Shown here piece by piece: positions 18,428 through 28,354 of a stretch of DNA of 64,000 bases. The position numbers and the translations under genes are program-made. The notes under the pieces were generated by a model. That model had not been told where the DNA came from. It ran no database searches and saw nothing but the letters and a program-made list of their open reading frames with translations. Origin of the DNA: Bdellovibrionota bacterium (GTDB lineage: Bacteria > Bdellovibrionota_C > UBA2361 > JBGSMV01); contig JBIKWF010000003.1 in the NCBI GenBank assembly GCA_044356455.1, positions 60,413-124,412 on the forward strand, in the 5' to 3' direction. Within the stretch, counting starts at the first letter, position 1; the number at the start of each line of letters is the position of its first letter.

Positions 18428-19747
18428 TTATAAGGCGTTAAGAAAGCTCAAGAGCTGACTTCGCTCGTTCTTCGAAAGAGCCATAAAGCGCTCTCGAGAG
18501 GATCTTGCCTCTCCATCATGCCAAAGAATTGCTTCTTCGATGCTTCGCGCTCGCCCATCATGCAGATACCGCGGCCGAACTTTAGAGACAGTCGAAGAGA
18601 ATCCAAGCCCCCAAAGAGGCGTCGTCCGCCACTCAAATCCCTTGGCCTCGCCCTCTGGTTTACGGTCCGCAAGTCCTGCGCCCATGTCATGGAGCAGAAA
18701 ATCAGAGAAAGGGTGTATCACCTGATTCTCAAGCTCGGGATGCGATGCGCTACCTGTCGTGTAGGTCATGCGATGACAGTCTTCGCAGCCTGTCGACACA
18801 AAAAGCGCCTGGCCGGCAGCCACTTCAGGAGACGCGAGGCTTCTCGCCTGCGGAACCCCTGCAATTGTCTGATACACGGATAGCCTATCAAGTTCCTCGT
18901 TCGGCAACTCGACGTCACCATCCTGCTTCTTAAAAAGTTCGGAGGTGACGCCCATATCAAAGAAAAGAGCAGCAGCTGATTGCTGCTCTACGGTGGGGTG
19001 AGCAGCTTTGAAACCAAAGCGCCCTATTGCGAGGGAGCCAGTACGACGATTTGGTACAAAATTGGGCCTCCCTGATATCCCATCTCTATTCGCATCCCCG
19101 GGATCCGCGCGTTCAAGAATAGCCTCCTCGGGGATAGCCTCAACAAGGCCTGCTCCAATAATCAGCGGACTCATTCGCAAAGAGTTTCTGACCGTTCTAT
19201 GCGTATATCCTCGGGCACTGAAACCAAGCCTTGGACTACGCAAGCTATAGCGGGTCCCATCGGGATATTTCCCGCGATGGGTTCGCCAGCGAAGGGAGAC
19301 TCGAAAGCGCTCGTCGCGCTTTAATGAATGATTCTGCAGCTGAAATCCAAGGCCGGGAACTTCCTGAGGCGATCCGTCTCGCTTCAATTTAGGGAGAGCT
19401 ATCTTCACAATCATCGGACTCCCCTCGAACACCCCTCGTGGGAACCCCACGGGCCCACGCCCATTGTCGACGTGACATCCTCCGCAAGAGCGGTTTACAA
19501 AAGTTGGGCCAAGACCTTCAGAAGCGAGCACAATTCGGTGGAATGTCGAAAATCCACTCAGCTGCTGAATTCTACGCGCCTGAGAAACGACATTGGGCGC
19601 AGGGAGCTGAAGGGCAAAACGTCCAGGAAGATCGGTGGTAAGATCGCCGCCAAGCCTCGTAAGATCTTGGGCATACGCTGCTTGCCCACTTAGCAGCCGC
19701 AGGACCTCGAAGCACACCACGATGAATGACAGGTTCCAGCGCTTCAT
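18428..19747 (-). CDS. Di-haem oxidoreductase (DHOR family), c-type cytochrome
   Basis: GLGPTF, CGGCH and CEDCH haem motifs, DPGDANRDGISGR, GRFGFKA, SDFLLHDMG, WRTTPLWGLG, YLHDGRAR; signal peptide. Confidence 0.92.
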   Translation of the reverse strand: MKRWNLSFIVVCFEVLRLLSGQAAYAQDLTRLGGDLTTDLPGRFALQLPAPNVVSQARRIQQLSGFSTFHRIVLASEGLGPTFVNRSCGGCHVDNGRGPVGFPRGVFEGSPMIVKIALPKLKRDGSPQEVPGLGFQLQNHSLKRDERFRVSLRWRTHRGKYPDGTRYSLRSPRLGFSARGYTHRTVRNSLRMSPLIIGAGLVEAIPEEAILERADPGDANRDGISGRPNFVPNRRTGSLAIGRFGFKAAHPTVEQQSAAALFFDMGVTSELFKKQDGDVELPNEELDRLSVYQTIAGVPQARSLASPEVAAGQALFVSTGCEDCHRMTYTTGSASHPELENQVIHPFSDFLLHDMGAGLADRKPEGEAKGFEWRTTPLWGLGFSSTVSKVRPRYLHDGRARSIEEAILWHDGEARSSRERFMALSKNERSQLLSFLNAL

Positions 19748-20033
19748 ACTCTGAGCAGAAATTTTACGCCAAGCCTGCTATAGAAGCGTACAGTCACTCT
19801 CTCACAGAGGTCGTTCCATAAAAGAAACTGCCCCCTCGCTCCCTAAGCTTCGCGCAAAGTAGCACAATTTCAATCCGTTCGCCCGCTTCTAAGGGAATCG
19901 GAGGTTCGAGCTAAGAATAGAGCGCTCCACCGCTGATCCATCTACCCTCTGCTCTCCTACTGCTGCCGTCCAAATAGTTGAAATAGTTCATCACAAGAGC
20001 TAAATCTTTTCCTACCATCACAAAAGGAGACAG

Positions 20034-20585
20034 GTGCCTGGCATCCTTGAGTATTATATTAGCGACCCTCAGTTTTCGGGCTACGCCGAGGAAATCTCCT
20101 CTTTGATTGAGGAGGCGGCCAAGGAGCCTGGCGTCGCACTCGCTCAGCGCTCAGCCGAATACATCCGCGAGAAGCTCATTTCGGGCAAGGCGGTTCTCTG
20201 CCTAGAGCAAACCGCCCAAACAACTCGAGTCGCGGGATTCTGCTACATCGAAACATGGAGCGACGGTCGCTATGTCGCGAACTCAGGTCTGACCGTAAGG
20301 AAAGAGTTCCGCGCCTTTGGTGTGGGAAAGAGGCTTAAGGAAAAAGCCTTTGAACTTTCGCGCGCGAAGTATCCGCAGGCTAAACTCTTTGGCCTCACCA
20401 CGAACCCTGCCGTGATGAAAATTAACTCCTCCCTGGGATATCATCCCACCAGTTACCGCGATCTCACTCAAGACGAGCAGTTTTGGGCTGGCTGCATCAC
20501 GTGCCCTTATCACGACATTCTTACACGACTTAAGCGAGAAATGTGCCTGTGCACCGCCATGATTTTTGACCCAGAAAAGGATTAA
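20034..20585 (+). CDS. GNAT N-acetyltransferase with Cys-rich C-terminus
   Basis: AGFCYIETW, VANSGL, FRAFGVGKRLK (acetyl-CoA motif), LFGLTT, FWAGCITC...CLCTAM; AAGGAG SD before the GTG. Confidence 0.85.
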   Translation: MPGILEYYISDPQFSGYAEEISSLIEEAAKEPGVALAQRSAEYIREKLISGKAVLCLEQTAQTTRVAGFCYIETWSDGRYVANSGLTVRKEFRAFGVGKRLKEKAFELSRAKYPQAKLFGLTTNPAVMKINSSLGYHPTSYRDLTQDEQFWAGCITCPYHDILTRLKREMCLCTAMIFDPEKD

Positions 20586-20648
20586 TCTCTGCAAGATTTT
20601 GATTGAATCCATAGTAGAGTGGCTACACAAAGGACTGGAGAACTAGCC

Positions 20649-21629
20649 ATGGAATATCGACGACTCGGGGCCTCAGGCATCAAAGTAAGCGAGCTCTCTT
20701 TCGGCTCTTGGGTCACCTTTGGAAAGCAGATTGATCTTTCCATGGTAATGGAATGCATCAAGACCGCTTATGACGCTGGAATCAACTTTTTTGATAACGC
20801 CGAAGCCTACGCTCTTGGCGAGTCTGAAACATTGATGGGACAAGCCTTCAAGAAACTCGGGTTTCGCCGCAGTTCCTACCTAGTGTCTTCAAAATTCTTC
20901 TGGGGACTTCACCAGGGCCCTAACGAAAAGAACACTCTCAATCGCAAATACCTTCTTGAAGCAATTGACGGGTCACTGAAGCGCCTGCAGCTGGACCATC
21001 TCGACCTAATATTCTGTCATCGCCCAGACCCACAGACGCCAATCGAGGAGACAGTTTGGGCTATGCACGACATTGTCTCAAGCGGGAAGGCGCTCTACTG
21101 GGGCACCTCGGAATGGAGCGCAAAGGAAATTCGAGAGGCATTTGCTGTTGCAGAGAAATACCGCTTGCGAAAGCCGGTCATGGAGCAACCCGAATACAAT
21201 CTCTTCCACAGGCGCCGAGTTGAAGTTGAGTATGCTCCCCTTTTTAGCGAGTTCGGTTTAGGAACTACGATATGGAGCCCGCTTGCTTCTGGAGTACTGA
21301 CTGGCAAGTATCTTAAAGGAATGCCGTCTGGGTCTCGCCTTTCTCTCAAGGGCATGGAGTGGCTCAAAGATAAATTTGCTTCGCCGCAAATTGAGTCCGC
21401 GACAAGAGCTTTGCAAGAAATTGCGCTTAAGCTTGAGTGCTCCTTGGCCCAGCTTGCTCTCGCTTGGTGTCTTAAAAACAAAAATGTAAGCACGGTGATT
21501 ACGGGTGCGACTGCGGTAGGGCAGCTACAGGAAAATCTAGAAGCCACGAAGATAGTCGCCAAGCTAGATTCCCAAGCGATGTCGGAGATTGAAAGAATTC
21601 TTTCAGAAACAAAGATTGAGTCTGCCTAA
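20649..21629 (+). CDS. Aldo/keto reductase, Kv-beta-subunit-like
   Basis: [46 protein letters not shown]. Confidence 0.93.
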   Translation: MEYRRLGASGIKVSELSFGSWVTFGKQIDLSMVMECIKTAYDAGINFFDNAEAYALGESETLMGQAFKKLGFRRSSYLVSSKFFWGLHQGPNEKNTLNRKYLLEAIDGSLKRLQLDHLDLIFCHRPDPQTPIEETVWAMHDIVSSGKALYWGTSEWSAKEIREAFAVAEKYRLRKPVMEQPEYNLFHRRRVEVEYAPLFSEFGLGTTIWSPLASGVLTGKYLKGMPSGSRLSLKGMEWLKDKFASPQIESATRALQEIALKLECSLAQLALAWCLKNKNVSTVITGATAVGQLQENLEATKIVAKLDSQAMSEIERILSETKIESA

Positions 21630-21686
21630 ATGATGCCGTGGGCGGCCGGCCTAGGAGAGTGTCCCGTAGAAACATAAATATTCATA

Positions 21687-22616
21687 TTGGACACAATCCG
21701 TAGTTGGGCTGTCCCGCCGCCACCACAGCATGTAGTGATAGAGTTTTTCGCTATGCTAAACGGTTCCAATCCTCATCGCACGAGTGGGTCTCCAGGGCAG
21801 CGCCCCAGCGGGAAGGAGATTCTTTCTTCCTTGCAACAGTCGCCCCTTGGCCAGCAACTAGTACTCGCGAGTTCTCTGACGACCCCCTCTCGAGCGATTC
21901 ATGCTCCTGCAGAGTTATTGTCGGAAAAGAAGCAGCGTCCAATGACTCGGTCATCGGCCCGCATTGTTGACTCAGCGTCCTTCCCCCGCTTCCTCAATTC
22001 AGATTGCGCCGCAGGGATTGTTGTTGAGTTTGGTGGCATGACGCGCCTCTATCCCTTCTTAAGAAAAGTTATCGAGGATCGAGGCGAGTACCTTCCCCCA
22101 ATCGCATCTCTCCTTACCGACAGCTTTCTCCCAGGAGCAAAGCGGTGGCAGCCGCGCTGCGAGGCTCGCAAGGGACTTCACTGTTCGATGCGTGGTTTGA
22201 TTCTTCAGCGCGCGAGCGAATCTGAAAGCCATGCACATGAGCCGCTGCTCCCTAAGGCCCCCCCACCCCATCGCCACTGCCCCTTGGCCATGTCCTCCCA
22301 GTATGCGCAACTCCTTACGAGCCTCGGGGAAGAGGCGCTCAGAGTTGTCTCAGAGGATGAGCACCTTGTCTTTGACAGCTTAGGCGGAATCTCTAGTGTT
22401 GTGGTGGCATTTCTTCTTTCCAGCTCTCCGCGTCTTCTTTCCAGCTCTCCGCGCGATGATTTTTTAAATATACATTTTTCCGAAACGCTTCGTCGTGCGG
22501 GTTTTCAGCTCAGTACCCCAGCTCTACATGTGGCAGAAACGGGATGCCGCGAGGGGGACAGCCCAGCGGAGAACCTACCTTGGGAGATACGCCGGATAAT
22601 TGGCTATCGCAGGTAA
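21687..22616 (+). CDS. Hypothetical protein (possibly degenerate)
   Basis: 309-aa ORF without recognisable motifs; contains an exact 21-bp tandem duplication at 22412-22453. Confidence 0.4.
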   Translation: MDTIRSWAVPPPPQHVVIEFFAMLNGSNPHRTSGSPGQRPSGKEILSSLQQSPLGQQLVLASSLTTPSRAIHAPAELLSEKKQRPMTRSSARIVDSASFPRFLNSDCAAGIVVEFGGMTRLYPFLRKVIEDRGEYLPPIASLLTDSFLPGAKRWQPRCEARKGLHCSMRGLILQRASESESHAHEPLLPKAPPPHRHCPLAMSSQYAQLLTSLGEEALRVVSEDEHLVFDSLGGISSVVVAFLLSSSPRLLSSSPRDDFLNIHFSETLRRAGFQLSTPALHVAETGCREGDSPAENLPWEIRRIIGYRR

Positions 22617-22936
22617 CTACAGCGTACTGCTGGATTCAATTGGACCATCGAAGGAACTTATAGCCCGGAAGGAAAGGTGGAAATTTCGATTGATGGCCCT
22701 ATGACACTTGGGATCGTGCTCAAGGGGTCTGTAGTAGGCCCGCCTCATCGCGGCAATTGATTTGGACAGATAACTAATCGAGAAATCTTTGTTCCCGCCC
22801 TATCCTCCGCGGCGACAAATTGATGACCAAACTCACCGATGAGGTACGCAGCGATCGCCTAACGATGGAGGCCATGCAGAGGTTGATTAGGATTGGACTC
22901 GAAGGATCCCGTGAGCAATTAAGGCAACGGCAGCGA

Positions 22937-23146
22937 TTAGGCTTTGCGGCGCGTTTTGCGCGAGCGAAGTTGCCTTTTGTTATGTGCCGCTACGCGCATA
23001 ACGGTTCGAAGCGCTTCGTTGACAGCCTCTGAGCTGGTAAAAATGGAGGCGATCTCGGGGTCTAAAACCACAACGTTCGAACCTGATCGGTATCGCTTGA
23101 GGTACTTGCCTCTAACTCCATCCGAAAAATCATATTCCTGCTTCAT
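22937..23146 (-). CDS. BrnA-like antitoxin
   Basis: MKQEYDFSDGVRGKY...VVLDPEI...EAVNEALR; immediately downstream of BrnT. Confidence 0.8.
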   Translation of the reverse strand: MKQEYDFSDGVRGKYLKRYRSGSNVVVLDPEIASIFTSSEAVNEALRTVMRVAAHNKRQLRSRKTRRKA

Positions 23147-23150
23147 AGCG

Positions 23151-23426
23151 TTATCCTTGATACTGTCGCCTCTCTGCGCGACTAGCTGGTCGGGCACTTA
23201 TAATACGTATCCTATCATTTCTGTCCGTATGTACCACCACCACTACTAGTGCTCCTGACTCAGCACGGCCCATCGTGACAAAGCGAATTTCTTCGCTGGG
23301 CTTCGGTGACGTAATAGTTATTGCTCTGGGATCGCCAAAGATAGTCGTCGCTTCTTCAAAGGTAATGCCGTGCTTTCTAAAATTGGCGCGCGCTTTGGCA
23401 GCGTCCCATTCAAATATCAGCTTCAT
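23151..23426 (-). CDS. brnT: BrnT family toxin (DUF497)
   Basis: FEWDAAKARANFRKHGITFEEA, EEIRF, IRIISARPA. Confidence 0.92.
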   Translation of the reverse strand: MKLIFEWDAAKARANFRKHGITFEEATTIFGDPRAITITSPKPSEEIRFVTMGRAESGALVVVVVHTDRNDRIRIISARPASRAERRQYQG

Positions 23427-23475
23427 CGAGAATTATAATAGCATGATAAGAAACTTAGAACAGGACCTTAACGCC

Positions 23476-24957
23476 CTAGGAACCTGCCCCTCTCATATTG
23501 AGGCAGTCATTGAGCGCCTCGCGCACGGCTTTAAAATACAAAATCGCCTGCTGACGATCTCCCGCTCGCATAGAGGGCGACATCTCAAGATAAAGCACTC
23601 CGAGCTTTTCCTCGTTCCCGAAAACGCCGGTCACATGCGACACCTGCCCACCATTGAGAAACGCGTCCTCTTGAATAATTGGCGCACTATAACTTAGCGC
23701 CTCGACCACTGGATGCGGGGCACGCCCGGAATCACCGCAGCTAAGTGGTCGATAGCGGTCGATTGGACCATCCCCAATTCGCAGCATGGGCACCGCTTGG
23801 AGTTTCTTCTGATCCACAAGATAGACGCAGCCCCTTAGGAATCCGACATTCGGGATCACATGCTCGACGAGTTCTTTGATGGCAGTAGGAGAAGGTTGTC
23901 CAGGTACAATGTGCCGATAGAGGTTGCGAAACTGCTCTGCGAAGAAGGTCGGGCATTTGGCCGCGTAGCCATTGCCCTCAAAGAGTCTCTCGCTAATGTT
24001 TCCTACTGCAACTTTCAGGGCGTTCTCTGGATTAAGATCCAGCTTGAGCGCCGCAGGAACCAGCGAAAGATATCCGGAGCCCTGTTGCTCGACGCGAGCT
24101 TGTATAAGTTGCAGCCCGCTGGGCCCTAAATACTTTTCGATATCGCGAGAAACTCTACTCCAACGTGATATTGCTTTCGGAAAATATTCTGGATCGTGCA
24201 TTTTTGCGAGAACCTCGCCTGCCTCACAGAACTCTCTGAACTTCTCCGCCTGTTGCGTGATGTCGGGATCGGAGCCCAAGCCCCCAAGAAAGTCTTCAAC
24301 TCCAAGCACTGCCTGCGTATCCGCGTGATGGCACCAATCAAGCGAAGAGCGAACTCCAAGCTCAAGAGGAGAGTATCCAAGTGTTTTGAATAATAGCTCT
24401 TCAAGTTCACCTTCCCCCTTACTCGCTGAAGTAAGAGCCTTTGAGTAAATACGGGGATAATTCCAGGCCACAAGATTAAGACCAAGTTGACGAACCATCG
24501 CCAAGAGGAAGGCCTGATTAGGGTCGAGCTTATAACGTTCGGCCAAAAGCTCCGCCGTTGAAGAACTCACCACAGAATGCCTGATGCGCATGAGCTGTGC
24601 TTTTTGAGTGGGATCGATAGAATGGAGCCCGAGAGCGCCGTCAGCGGATCGGACAATTTCGTCGAGCTTCTCCGGTTCAAGGGAGCCTAGAATCTCCGCG
24701 GGGGAACGATGCTTGACTGGCCCATCTATAACACTGCCCACTTTCTTCAGGCAGAAAGTGAACAAAGAAAGATCTTTTTTCAAATCAGAAAAGAGCAGGT
24801 TTACCTTTCCCGCGTAACTGCCCTCGCGCGCTCGAGTACGCACAAGGCTTATCACTGACGAGTTTGCAGGGAACCAGCCCTTGCCAACATGGGCGATGGC
24901 CTCAGATATTCCGCGCCGGCCACCGTTTTCTCGAATCAGAATTCTCCCTCCGTCCAT
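23476..24957 (-). CDS. HDOD-domain signalling protein with GAF-like C-terminus
   Basis: DLSLFTFCLKK, HSVVSSSTAELLA, AFLLAMVRQLGL, LGYSPLELG; C-terminal RGCVYLVD...LGVLYLE. Confidence 0.65.
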   Translation of the reverse strand: MDGGRILIRENGGRRGISEAIAHVGKGWFPANSSVISLVRTRAREGSYAGKVNLLFSDLKKDLSLFTFCLKKVGSVIDGPVKHRSPAEILGSLEPEKLDEIVRSADGALGLHSIDPTQKAQLMRIRHSVVSSSTAELLAERYKLDPNQAFLLAMVRQLGLNLVAWNYPRIYSKALTSASKGEGELEELLFKTLGYSPLELGVRSSLDWCHHADTQAVLGVEDFLGGLGSDPDITQQAEKFREFCEAGEVLAKMHDPEYFPKAISRWSRVSRDIEKYLGPSGLQLIQARVEQQGSGYLSLVPAALKLDLNPENALKVAVGNISERLFEGNGYAAKCPTFFAEQFRNLYRHIVPGQPSPTAIKELVEHVIPNVGFLRGCVYLVDQKKLQAVPMLRIGDGPIDRYRPLSCGDSGRAPHPVVEALSYSAPIIQEDAFLNGGQVSHVTGVFGNEEKLGVLYLEMSPSMRAGDRQQAILYFKAVREALNDCLNMRGAGS

Positions 24958-24958
24958 G

Positions 24959-25633
24959 CTATGCTCCCGCTCCCTTTGCCGCTGAGTCTTTAGCCGTCGC
25001 CTTAACCATTACCTTTCCGTCCTTTACCACGACCTTAAAGGTAAGTTTTTTGTCCTTATGCTTTTCTTTAAAATCGCGTGCGCGCTTGAGCAGTGATTCT
25101 CTAAAAGCGCCGAAATCTATCTCGGCATGGGTACTTCCCTGTTTATTAAGGGCCGTACGATAGGCATCAAACAAGTTTCGCATGCCCTTTTCCGCAGCAC
25201 CCTCAGCGGTATTCGAGAATGCTTCTTCAACAGCTAATCGTTCGCGTAAATTGGCCTTGAAGATATCTTTCGAATACGTTCCTTCTTCCCGCTGCTTTAA
25301 GATGCGTTGCCAATAGGTGTTCAAAGTGCTGTAGCGAACTTCAAGCGCCTTCAAGCGATAATTGAGGGCCGAACTTTTGAAGGGTGCTTTTCGAATCTGG
25401 CGAATTTTCGCCTTAACTTCTGCATGCGGTTTTTCGGGAGCCAGGGGCATGAGGCCCGAGAAATACTGCTCGTATAGGACTTTAAGTTCAGAGATCATGC
25501 TGTCCAGACGTTCGAGCTCCGCTCGTAAATCAAGGCGCTCAAAGGGCGAGGGGGTACCGGGGTTCTTCGTAGAACCCTTGGCCTGTCCTTTGCTGCCAGG
25601 ACGACCTCTCTGTTGATCTTCGCCGCTAACCAT
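24959..25633 (-). CDS. MXAN_5187 C-terminal-domain-like protein
   Basis: LKVLYEQYFSG, YWQRILKQREEG, LFDAY, FKVVVKDGKV; recognised from memory of the family. Confidence 0.7.
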   Translation of the reverse strand: MVSGEDQQRGRPGSKGQAKGSTKNPGTPSPFERLDLRAELERLDSMISELKVLYEQYFSGLMPLAPEKPHAEVKAKIRQIRKAPFKSSALNYRLKALEVRYSTLNTYWQRILKQREEGTYSKDIFKANLRERLAVEEAFSNTAEGAAEKGMRNLFDAYRTALNKQGSTHAEIDFGAFRESLLKRARDFKEKHKDKKLTFKVVVKDGKVMVKATAKDSAAKGAGA

Positions 25634-25796
25634 ATGAAATTACTAGCCTATCTGCGATCTGCGCGAGCAGATTGCAAGCTGCCCTATTCCGTCTCATTTC
25701 CTCGCTGCAAGCAGAGGAAGACTTAACCCCTATGGTGTATCGTGCGTTCTGCGTACAGAGTTAAGGGCTTTAGGTAATCTTCTTGGTACTGAACTC

Positions 25797-27212
25797 ATGG
25801 AAAAGATTGCGGTTGTTATCCTTGCGGCAGGTCTTGGTAAGCGCCTTGGCGGTGAATTACCCAAGGTATTACATGAAACTTCGGAGCGTCCCCTCCTCGC
25901 ACACGTGGTCGATTCTATTTTGCCACTGAACCCAGATCGCATCGCGGTCGTCACAGGCTATAGACGAGAGCTTGTCGAGGATGCGCTCGCAAAACGCTAT
26001 CCACATGCGCCTATAAAATTTGCGTACCAAGCTGAGCAACGTGGGACCGGACACGCGGTTAAGATGGCAGCCCCGTTGTTCTCTGATTTCGTTGGTACCA
26101 TTGTCATTCTCTATGGAGATGCCCCCTTACTTCGCACCGAGTCCATTCAACATCTACTGAGGCTCCACCAGGAATCAAAGGCGACTGCATCTTTAGTTAC
26201 GGCCTTGCTCCCCGATCCCGCTTCCTACGGGAGAATTCTACGTGATCCAAAAACAAATCAGGTGACGAGCATTCGAGAAGCCAAGGACTGCTCGGCTGAA
26301 GAGCTACTTATTAAGGAAATATGTCAGGGTTCTTACGCTGTCGATTCTGCCTTTCTCTGGCCCGCGGTCGAGGGACTGAAAGACAATAATGCACAAAAAG
26401 AATTCTATCTCACTGACGTCGTTACCAAGGCTGCAAGCGAGGGCCAAAGAGTTGCAAGTTATCCCGTACCTCAGATAGCGGAAGCTCTTGGTGTCAATGA
26501 TCGCTATGACATGCAGCTCGTGAATCAAGAACTGAACGCACGAAGAGTTCGGGCCTTGATGCGCGCGGGAGTTGTTGTGCAGGACCCCCTTTCAACTTTT
26601 ATTGACGCCTCTGTTTCAATTGCTCCCGGTGTCATTCTAGGACCAAACGTACAAATTCGAGGCGCCTGTACCCTAGAGGCCGGTGTCGTGATTGATGGCA
26701 CTGCCACTATTACTAATTGCAAGATACATGACGGCGCGCATGTAAAGCTTGGCGTAGTGGCGGAAGACGCCACCCTTGGAGCTGGCTCCTCCGTGGGTCC
26801 CTTTGCGCATATTCGCCCAGGAAGCGACCTTGGGCCTGAGGTAAAGATTGGCAATTTTGTCGAGACAAAGAAGGCGGTCCTCAAGAAAGGGGTGAAAGCC
26901 TCTCATCTCACTTACTTAGGAGACTGCGTCATCGATGAGGAAACGAACATTGGCGCGGGAACGATCACTTGTAACTACGATGGCTATCAAAAGTATCAGA
27001 CCACGATTGGAAAAGGCGTCTTTATTGGCAGCAACTCCTCTCTTGTTGCGCCTGTCACTATCGAGGACGGGGCTACCGTAGGGGCTGGCTCAGTCATAAC
27101 TGAGCGCGTTGAGAAGGATGCGCTTGCCGTAACCAGAGCCCCACAGCTTTCAAAGGCTGGTTGGAGCCAGCGTAAGCGTGAAATTATGACCAAGAAAAAG
27201 AGCCGGCCTTAG
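25797..27212 (+). CDS. glmU: Bifunctional UDP-GlcNAc pyrophosphorylase/glucosamine-1-P acetyltransferase GlmU
   Basis: ILAAGLGKR, PKVLH, QRGTGHAV, YGDAP, EFYLTD, GPFAHIRP, GNFVETK, HLTYLGD, NIGAGTITCNYDG. Confidence 0.97.
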   Translation: MEKIAVVILAAGLGKRLGGELPKVLHETSERPLLAHVVDSILPLNPDRIAVVTGYRRELVEDALAKRYPHAPIKFAYQAEQRGTGHAVKMAAPLFSDFVGTIVILYGDAPLLRTESIQHLLRLHQESKATASLVTALLPDPASYGRILRDPKTNQVTSIREAKDCSAEELLIKEICQGSYAVDSAFLWPAVEGLKDNNAQKEFYLTDVVTKAASEGQRVASYPVPQIAEALGVNDRYDMQLVNQELNARRVRALMRAGVVVQDPLSTFIDASVSIAPGVILGPNVQIRGACTLEAGVVIDGTATITNCKIHDGAHVKLGVVAEDATLGAGSSVGPFAHIRPGSDLGPEVKIGNFVETKKAVLKKGVKASHLTYLGDCVIDEETNIGAGTITCNYDGYQKYQTTIGKGVFIGSNSSLVAPVTIEDGATVGAGSVITERVEKDALAVTRAPQLSKAGWSQRKREIMTKKKSRP

Positions 27213-27218
27213 CACTCT

Positions 27219-28223
27219 GTGCTGCTTATGATTTCACGCTCCCCACATGGCCTTGCCGTTGCGACTGTCCTCATTTGGTCATTTGGCGCAGCGTCCGCGA
27301 AGCTGATTTCAAGCCATTCAGGCTTCTCTCTCTTTGCCCTGTCGATGCTGGTGACGTATGTGGCTTTTCAAGTAAGCCACCGTATTGGCTCCGGCACTTG
27401 GATCTCGATTTCGCCCCGCGAACTCTTTTCCAAATTGGGGTTCGCTTCTCTATTCGGCTATGGAGTGTACTGGCTTTGCTATGCCCAAAGCTTCCGCTCC
27501 TCGAATGAAACGGTTCTCCCTGCAACGCTTAATTATACATGGCCACTCTTTACCACCCTTTTTACGGAAGCATTCTTCCGAACAAGAAGGACCAGCCCAC
27601 TGAATCGACTGGTGAGTATCGTAGGGTTGCTTATTGGCCTACTTGGGGTGCTGATCGTGATCTCCAAAGGGAATGTGCAGTCTCTTGGAGATGTCCCCTG
27701 GTCAACGGTGGCGTGGGGAATTGGAGCGGGCGCCTCTTATGGATTTTTCGGCGCATTCAGCTCCTCAGTTCCCAGTGGCAAGCAGCTTTATTTTCTTACC
27801 CTTGCCTCTCTCTCTGGATTTCTATTTCTTGCACCTCTGGCGACTTATGAAATCTTGCATGCGCCTCTGCCCTCATTTCAGATCGTACTGGTCACCATTG
27901 CGCTTTCTCTGCTCATGGAAGGCCTCGGCTACTATACGTGGACAAGGGCCAATCGGCTTGCTCAAGTGCAGCAGCTTAACCCAGCGGCAATTGCATCGAT
28001 TATGTATGTGCTTCCCTTTCTCTCGGCCCTCATTATCTCCGTGCTGTATTCTGACGCGAGCGGACTTACTCTCTCGCTCGCGGTAGGTTTGGTGCTTATC
28101 GTTTTGAGTTCGGCACTTTGTCAGCATGCTGACTTTCTCTCTGCACGGCTTATGGGCGCTAAAACGAGTGTGCCCGCGGCAAAGACAACCACAGATAAGC
28201 TCTTCGACTCGCTTAAGAATTGA
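27219..28223 (+). CDS. DMT/EamA family transporter
   Basis: About 10 TM helices, LNYTWPLF, MYVLPFLS; 6 bp after glmU. Confidence 0.8.
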   Translation: MLLMISRSPHGLAVATVLIWSFGAASAKLISSHSGFSLFALSMLVTYVAFQVSHRIGSGTWISISPRELFSKLGFASLFGYGVYWLCYAQSFRSSNETVLPATLNYTWPLFTTLFTEAFFRTRRTSPLNRLVSIVGLLIGLLGVLIVISKGNVQSLGDVPWSTVAWGIGAGASYGFFGAFSSSVPSGKQLYFLTLASLSGFLFLAPLATYEILHAPLPSFQIVLVTIALSLLMEGLGYYTWTRANRLAQVQQLNPAAIASIMYVLPFLSALIISVLYSDASGLTLSLAVGLVLIVLSSALCQHADFLSARLMGAKTSVPAAKTTTDKLFDSLKN

Positions 28224-28354
28224 ATCATTTTCTCGCTCGCAAAATGCATCAATTCGCTTAACTGCAAGGGGCGTGCTATAACCCCCAGCAAAGTCCAACT
28301 ATGTTTTAGAGCTAGGAATTCCTTGGCTCGCATGTCGGCGAACTGGAGTTCCTA

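Noticed and set aside
14085..23426. Prophage or integrative element spanning the two TA pairs
   Set aside because: No integrase, transposase, phage structural gene, tRNA target or flanking direct repeats seen.
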